Source of the DNA: a virus
Taxonomy: Duplodnaviria > Caudoviricetes
Length of the DNA stretch: 64,000 nt
Direction: 5' to 3' (one strand)
IMG/VR virus record: IMGVR_UViG_3300035661_000004
How positions within the stretch are numbered: the first letter of the stretch is position 1; each line of letters opens with the position of its first letter. The notes under the pieces were generated by a model. That model worked only from the letters and a program-made list of their open reading frames with translations. It made no database searches and was not told where the DNA came from. The translations under genes were made by a program, and so were the position numbers. Below, piece by piece: positions 60,582 to 64,000 of this stretch.

Positions 60582-62035
60582 TTGACGGTGACCTTGTCGT
60601 GGCGAATATGGCAGAACTGCGGGAAGCGAGCGGCCCATTCGGTGGCGCCGTCAGCGAGGCTCAGCTCCTGGCACTCGATCATTGCGGTCTGCCCGAGGAA
60701 CTCGGCCTGGTGGGACCAGACATAGGCACGGAACCACTGGTCACGGTTCATCGTCTTGAGGTTCAAGCCTTCGGCCGCTGCCTTCTCATCGATGAACTTC
60801 TTGGTGTCGGGGTCCGTCACCTTGAAGCCGCCGCAGTGGGTGAAGATCGGACGGTCGTTCTCGTCCCTGCCGCGCATGATCATGCCGCCCAGCTTGCCTT
60901 CGTTCTTCTTACCGGCGTCGCCTTCATAGAAGCCCACGATTTCGAGGTCAAGGTCAAGCACCGGCTTCCACTTGAACCAATTCTTCGAGCGGTCCCACTC
61001 GTAGAGGCCGTCATGATTCTTGATGATCAAGCCTTCACCCAAGCCGTTGATCGTGCCGTCGGCGTTGACGCCGTCCTTAAGCACTTCAGCGTAGAAAGCC
61101 TTCAGGTCAGCGATGCTGTAGACCGTCTTGCTCTTGCTCTTCGTGATCTTGGTCAGACCCAGGGTGGTAATGAACCCGAGAACCTCGGCCGACCGGCGAT
61201 GCTGCGGGCTCGTGGCCGAACGGTTCTGCCAGACGCTCAGGGACATCCAGTCGAAGGCGAAGAACTTGCAGTGGCGGCGAGCTTCCAAGGCGTCGGCGTC
61301 AGAGCCCGAAGCCGAAGCTGTTTCTTGGAAGGAGCGACCAAGGACTTCGCCGTCCAGGACGAAGGGATAGCCGAGCAGCTGTTCGATCCGGATGAGCTCG
61401 GCGTCGAAGAGGCCATCGCACCATTCAGCCTTGTTGCCCGAGCGGGTCAGGTATTCGACCCTGCCGCCGTTGACGTAGGCCAGCAGGCGCTTGCCGTCAT
61501 ACTTGGCTTCGGCGATCATCGGAAAGCGCAGCTTGTACTTCTTCTCGAGGATGCCCGGCGTCAGCAGCACGTCGGTCTTGCGAACAACCTCCGGCTTCTC
61601 ATCGATCTTGGCGGCGAGCATCAGCTCGAATTCGGGAAAAAAATCATCAGCGTGCAGCGGGTACAGCTTCTTGAAGACCGAGACGCCGGCGCCGCACTTG
61701 AGGTCCTTCAGCAGCACTCGCTGCAAGACCGTAGCGGTGCGCTCGGTGTAGGAGCCGAGGATAGCTGTGACAGCGGCCTTCGCGGCGTTGCCGGACAGCT
61801 CTCGAGTCACCAGCTGGTCGAGCAGCTTGAGGAACAAGCTGTAGTCAGGGTCGTCATTGGCGAAGACCTTCGGCTTGTCAAACTTCTTGATGTTGAAGAC
61901 GCGATAGGGGTTCAGCGCCTCCATGGCGAGCTTCAGCTCGGGCCCTTCGAGGCCGCTCAACGCTGCGTGCTTCAGTGCATGTTGGCCGTGCTTTTCGGCC
62001 TCGAAGATTGCGTCAGCGAAGGTTTTGTGGGTCAT
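60578..62035 (-). CDS. lig: ATP-dependent DNA ligase
   Basis: EAKYDGKR (motif I), LDGEV, FDW, EGLIIK, WFKWK, OB-fold tail RFPQF..IRHDK; N-terminal LK.GAG DNA-binding domain. Confidence 0.95.
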   Translation of the reverse strand: MTHKTFADAIFEAEKHGQHALKHAALSGLEGPELKLAMEALNPYRVFNIKKFDKPKVFANDDPDYSLFLKLLDQLVTRELSGNAAKAAVTAILGSYTERTATVLQRVLLKDLKCGAGVSVFKKLYPLHADDFFPEFELMLAAKIDEKPEVVRKTDVLLTPGILEKKYKLRFPMIAEAKYDGKRLLAYVNGGRVEYLTRSGNKAEWCDGLFDAELIRIEQLLGYPFVLDGEVLGRSFQETASASGSDADALEARRHCKFFAFDWMSLSVWQNRSATSPQHRRSAEVLGFITTLGLTKITKSKSKTVYSIADLKAFYAEVLKDGVNADGTINGLGEGLIIKNHDGLYEWDRSKNWFKWKPVLDLDLEIVGFYEGDAGKKNEGKLGGMIMRGRDENDRPIFTHCGGFKVTDPDTKKFIDEKAAAEGLNLKTMNRDQWFRAYVWSHQAEFLGQTAMIECQELSLADGATEWAARFPQFCHIRHDKVTVK

Positions 62036-62090
62036 TGTGCGCCCTCATTTTGGATATGATGATTGTATTCCTTTAGACTCAGCTTGTAAA

Positions 62091-62870
62091 CTACAAGTAT
62101 GCCTCTAAGTCATAGTCAATGAACACTTGCTCCGCTGCAAGCCTGCGAGCTACAGGAGTTGGGTGCTCTCGCAGCACGTTGATGAGCGCTCGCTTCGCAA
62201 CGTCAAAGGTACTGCCAAGCGAGAAGTTGGTCAGGTCGTTGATCATGAACAGCTTTGATACCCCTTTGCATTCATGAGCAAAGGTGGCATACACAGAGAG
62301 GCAGCTTTTCGGCAGCTCAGTCACCTCGTGCAAGCCTCCTGGCAGCTCGAGCGATGCAAAAGCGGTTGCCTTCAAGCCGTTGGTTGTCTTGACGCCTGAG
62401 CACTGTGCAAAGTGCCCCGCCTCATAGTAGGAGGCTAAGCCGCTTAAGGAGGTAAGGCCGCTCGACACCACCTTGAGCGTGTCGGCTTGCTTTGCAACGC
62501 CCGCCAAGGTTTTAAGCGCATTGGCTTCAACGTGATACGTGCTTGTGATGCTAGGCCCGCCGACAAGCGTGGTCAAGTAGGGTGACCGTACGTCAAAGAC
62601 GCCTAAGACTTGCTCAGGCCCGTCCTCTAAGCTGAAGACGTTGTTGACCGAGAAGATGGTTGTGTTGACGGTGCCAAACGCGACGTTAAACCGGCCGCCG
62701 CGGGCGAAGTCATCACCCTTGATCGGCCCGCTAACGTTGACTCGCCCTTCAGGCGTGACTGACCAGCTAGTTTTCTTCCTGTCGGTCCGAGTGTTGAACA
62801 GGAAGTTGATCTGTTCAACCTGCGAGGCGGTGACGGCGCCGTGGGCTAACGTGTTGCTGATGTTAAGCAT
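62091..62870 (-). CDS. Leucine-rich-repeat-like phage protein
   Basis: Repeats LTTLVGGP, LKTLAGVA, LTSLSGLA. Confidence 0.6.
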   Translation of the reverse strand: MLNISNTLAHGAVTASQVEQINFLFNTRTDRKKTSWSVTPEGRVNVSGPIKGDDFARGGRFNVAFGTVNTTIFSVNNVFSLEDGPEQVLGVFDVRSPYLTTLVGGPSITSTYHVEANALKTLAGVAKQADTLKVVSSGLTSLSGLASYYEAGHFAQCSGVKTTNGLKATAFASLELPGGLHEVTELPKSCLSVYATFAHECKGVSKLFMINDLTNFSLGSTFDVAKRALINVLREHPTPVARRLAAEQVFIDYDLEAYL

Positions 62871-62899
62871 GGCTGTATTTTAACACAGCCTACGCTAGG

Positions 62900-63694
62900 T
62901 CACATTTTAGCCATGTCGTCAAAGCCTGCATCGATCAGCTTCTGCTGAATCGTTAGCACGTCACGGCGGGTAGCGCTGCCTTCCTCCTGCAGCTTGACAA
63001 TCTCATTGTACAGCTCAATGGGGAAGTCCTCGCCGAAGGTACGTTCACGGTCGCACTTAATGCCGCACGTCTTGGGGATCATGACAAACCAAGGGATGCC
63101 GCGTGTCAGCTTGTTGTACTTGATGTCTAGCTTTTTGCAAGTCTTTGGGAAGTTCTTGAACGACACGTTGTTGCAGCTCGAGAGGCTGATCTCTGTAGCG
63201 CCTTCAAGGCCTTCCAAGGTTTGCAGCTTTGGCATCGCCGTGAGCTGTACCTCAACCTTGTCGCCGACCAGCTGCAAGCCGACCAACGATGTCAGCTCTG
63301 GGCAGTTGACGACGTTGAGCTTGTGCAGAACTTTAGGGCTGTGCTTGAATGACGCTAGCTTATTAGGTACGCTGCTGCTGTCATAGCCGGTGGCTTGCTT
63401 AGTTGCATGCCCAATCTTCAGCTCACCAGCCTCAAGGTTCTCAAACCCCTTCAATGTGGTCAGTGTGCCAAGCTCGATGATCAAGCGAGCGACCTCACCC
63501 TTTGCAAAGGAGAACGGCAAGGTGCCAGGCGTGACTAATTTGTCAAGCTTGAGGGTGTTGTCATTAGTGACTTTGACTGTTGACGCGTCAATCGCTTCTA
63601 GCCCGTCAATGCCCGCAACGTCAAGCATCTTCTGCAAGTCAGCCACAGTCTTTGCGCGCTTAGCGATCGTTTCGTGAAGAAGTGTTAGCAACAT
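62900..63694 (-). CDS. Leucine-rich-repeat-like phage protein, late
   Basis: LTTLKGFE, LASFKHSP, LTSLVGLQ, LQTLEGLE; TAAATA at 63719-63724; N-terminus MLLTLLHE. Confidence 0.65.
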   Translation of the reverse strand: MLLTLLHETIAKRAKTVADLQKMLDVAGIDGLEAIDASTVKVTNDNTLKLDKLVTPGTLPFSFAKGEVARLIIELGTLTTLKGFENLEAGELKIGHATKQATGYDSSSVPNKLASFKHSPKVLHKLNVVNCPELTSLVGLQLVGDKVEVQLTAMPKLQTLEGLEGATEISLSSCNNVSFKNFPKTCKKLDIKYNKLTRGIPWFVMIPKTCGIKCDRERTFGEDFPIELYNEIVKLQEEGSATRRDVLTIQQKLIDAGFDDMAKM

Positions 63695-63745
63695 GAAAAA
63701 GCCCAGGAAGTCCTGGGCTATTTATGTGTGGGCGGGATCCCAGTG

Positions 63746-64000
63746 TTACTTCTTCCTGGACGTGGGAGCAGGCGGTGGCGGCGCCGAGATGCGGACTGCT
63801 GCCTTCGGAGCAAGGGCAGGTGCAGCCGCGCGAACAGCGGGCGGCGGTGCTGCTACCGAAACCTTCGTCGGAGCTGGCACGGCCGGTGCGGCGGCCTTCA
63901 GGTCCATCTTGGTCGAAACGGGCGTAGGCGCCGCTGCATAGCGGCCGGTCGAGTCATGCCAACGGCCTGCCGAGTCGCGCGAGTAGCCGGCGTATGGGTC
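63746..64000 (-). CDS. C-terminal fragment of a Pro/Ala-rich protein, runs off the right edge
   Basis: Open frame ...GRWHDSTGRYAAAPTP...PPPPAPTSRKK-TAA. Confidence 0.65.
   Translation of the reverse strand, partial: DPYAGYSRDSAGRWHDSTGRYAAAPTPVSTKMDLKAAAPAVPAPTKVSVAAPPPAVRAAAPALAPKAAVRISAPPPPAPTSRKK

Noticed and set aside
1-64000. CRISPR array, rRNA, integrase or transposase
   Set aside because: No regularly spaced direct repeats, rRNA-like tracts or recombinase motifs were seen; the only repeats are tRNA-derived similarity, a 15-bp duplication and coding repeats.

Overview
This 64-kb window is a gene-dense, mostly minus-strand segment of a GC-rich, T4-superfamily-like large or jumbo bacteriophage. 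Support: rIIA/rIIB, many TAAATA late-promoter motifs, TTTACA-N16-18-TACAAT sigma70-like promoters, ATP-dependent DNA ligase, DHFR and a DinG-like helicase. The host is probably a betaproteobacterium (inferred from an MHFG-type PEP-CTERM gene and a short two-piece tmRNA tag). The main result is a translation-sensing system. An array of 11 tRNAs (11702-15308), plus a separate tRNA-Leu(UAG), contains only Ser, Leu and Tyr tRNAs, the amino acids carried by class II (long variable arm) tRNAs. It lies downstream of a classical 1:2/2:3/3:4 transcription attenuator (15349-15523) whose leaderless 24-aa peptide has 12 consecutive Ser/Leu/Tyr codons, including AGC-TCC-TCA-TCG, one codon for each of the four tRNA-Ser genes in the array. 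The array also holds two tRNA-like RNAs without a normal anticodon loop and two Leu tRNAs with short variable loops. Other notable content: a circularly permuted tmRNA (tag ANDSVYAMAA) beside a GIY-YIG endonuclease, a phage-borne YeaG/YeaH/YcgB (PrkA/DUF444/SpoVR) triad, a PEP-CTERM protein, a set of late proteins with T4-like capsid-targeting N-termini, and about 14 frame disruptions confined to small accessory genes. All product names come from motif recognition by eye; no database searches or folding programs were run.
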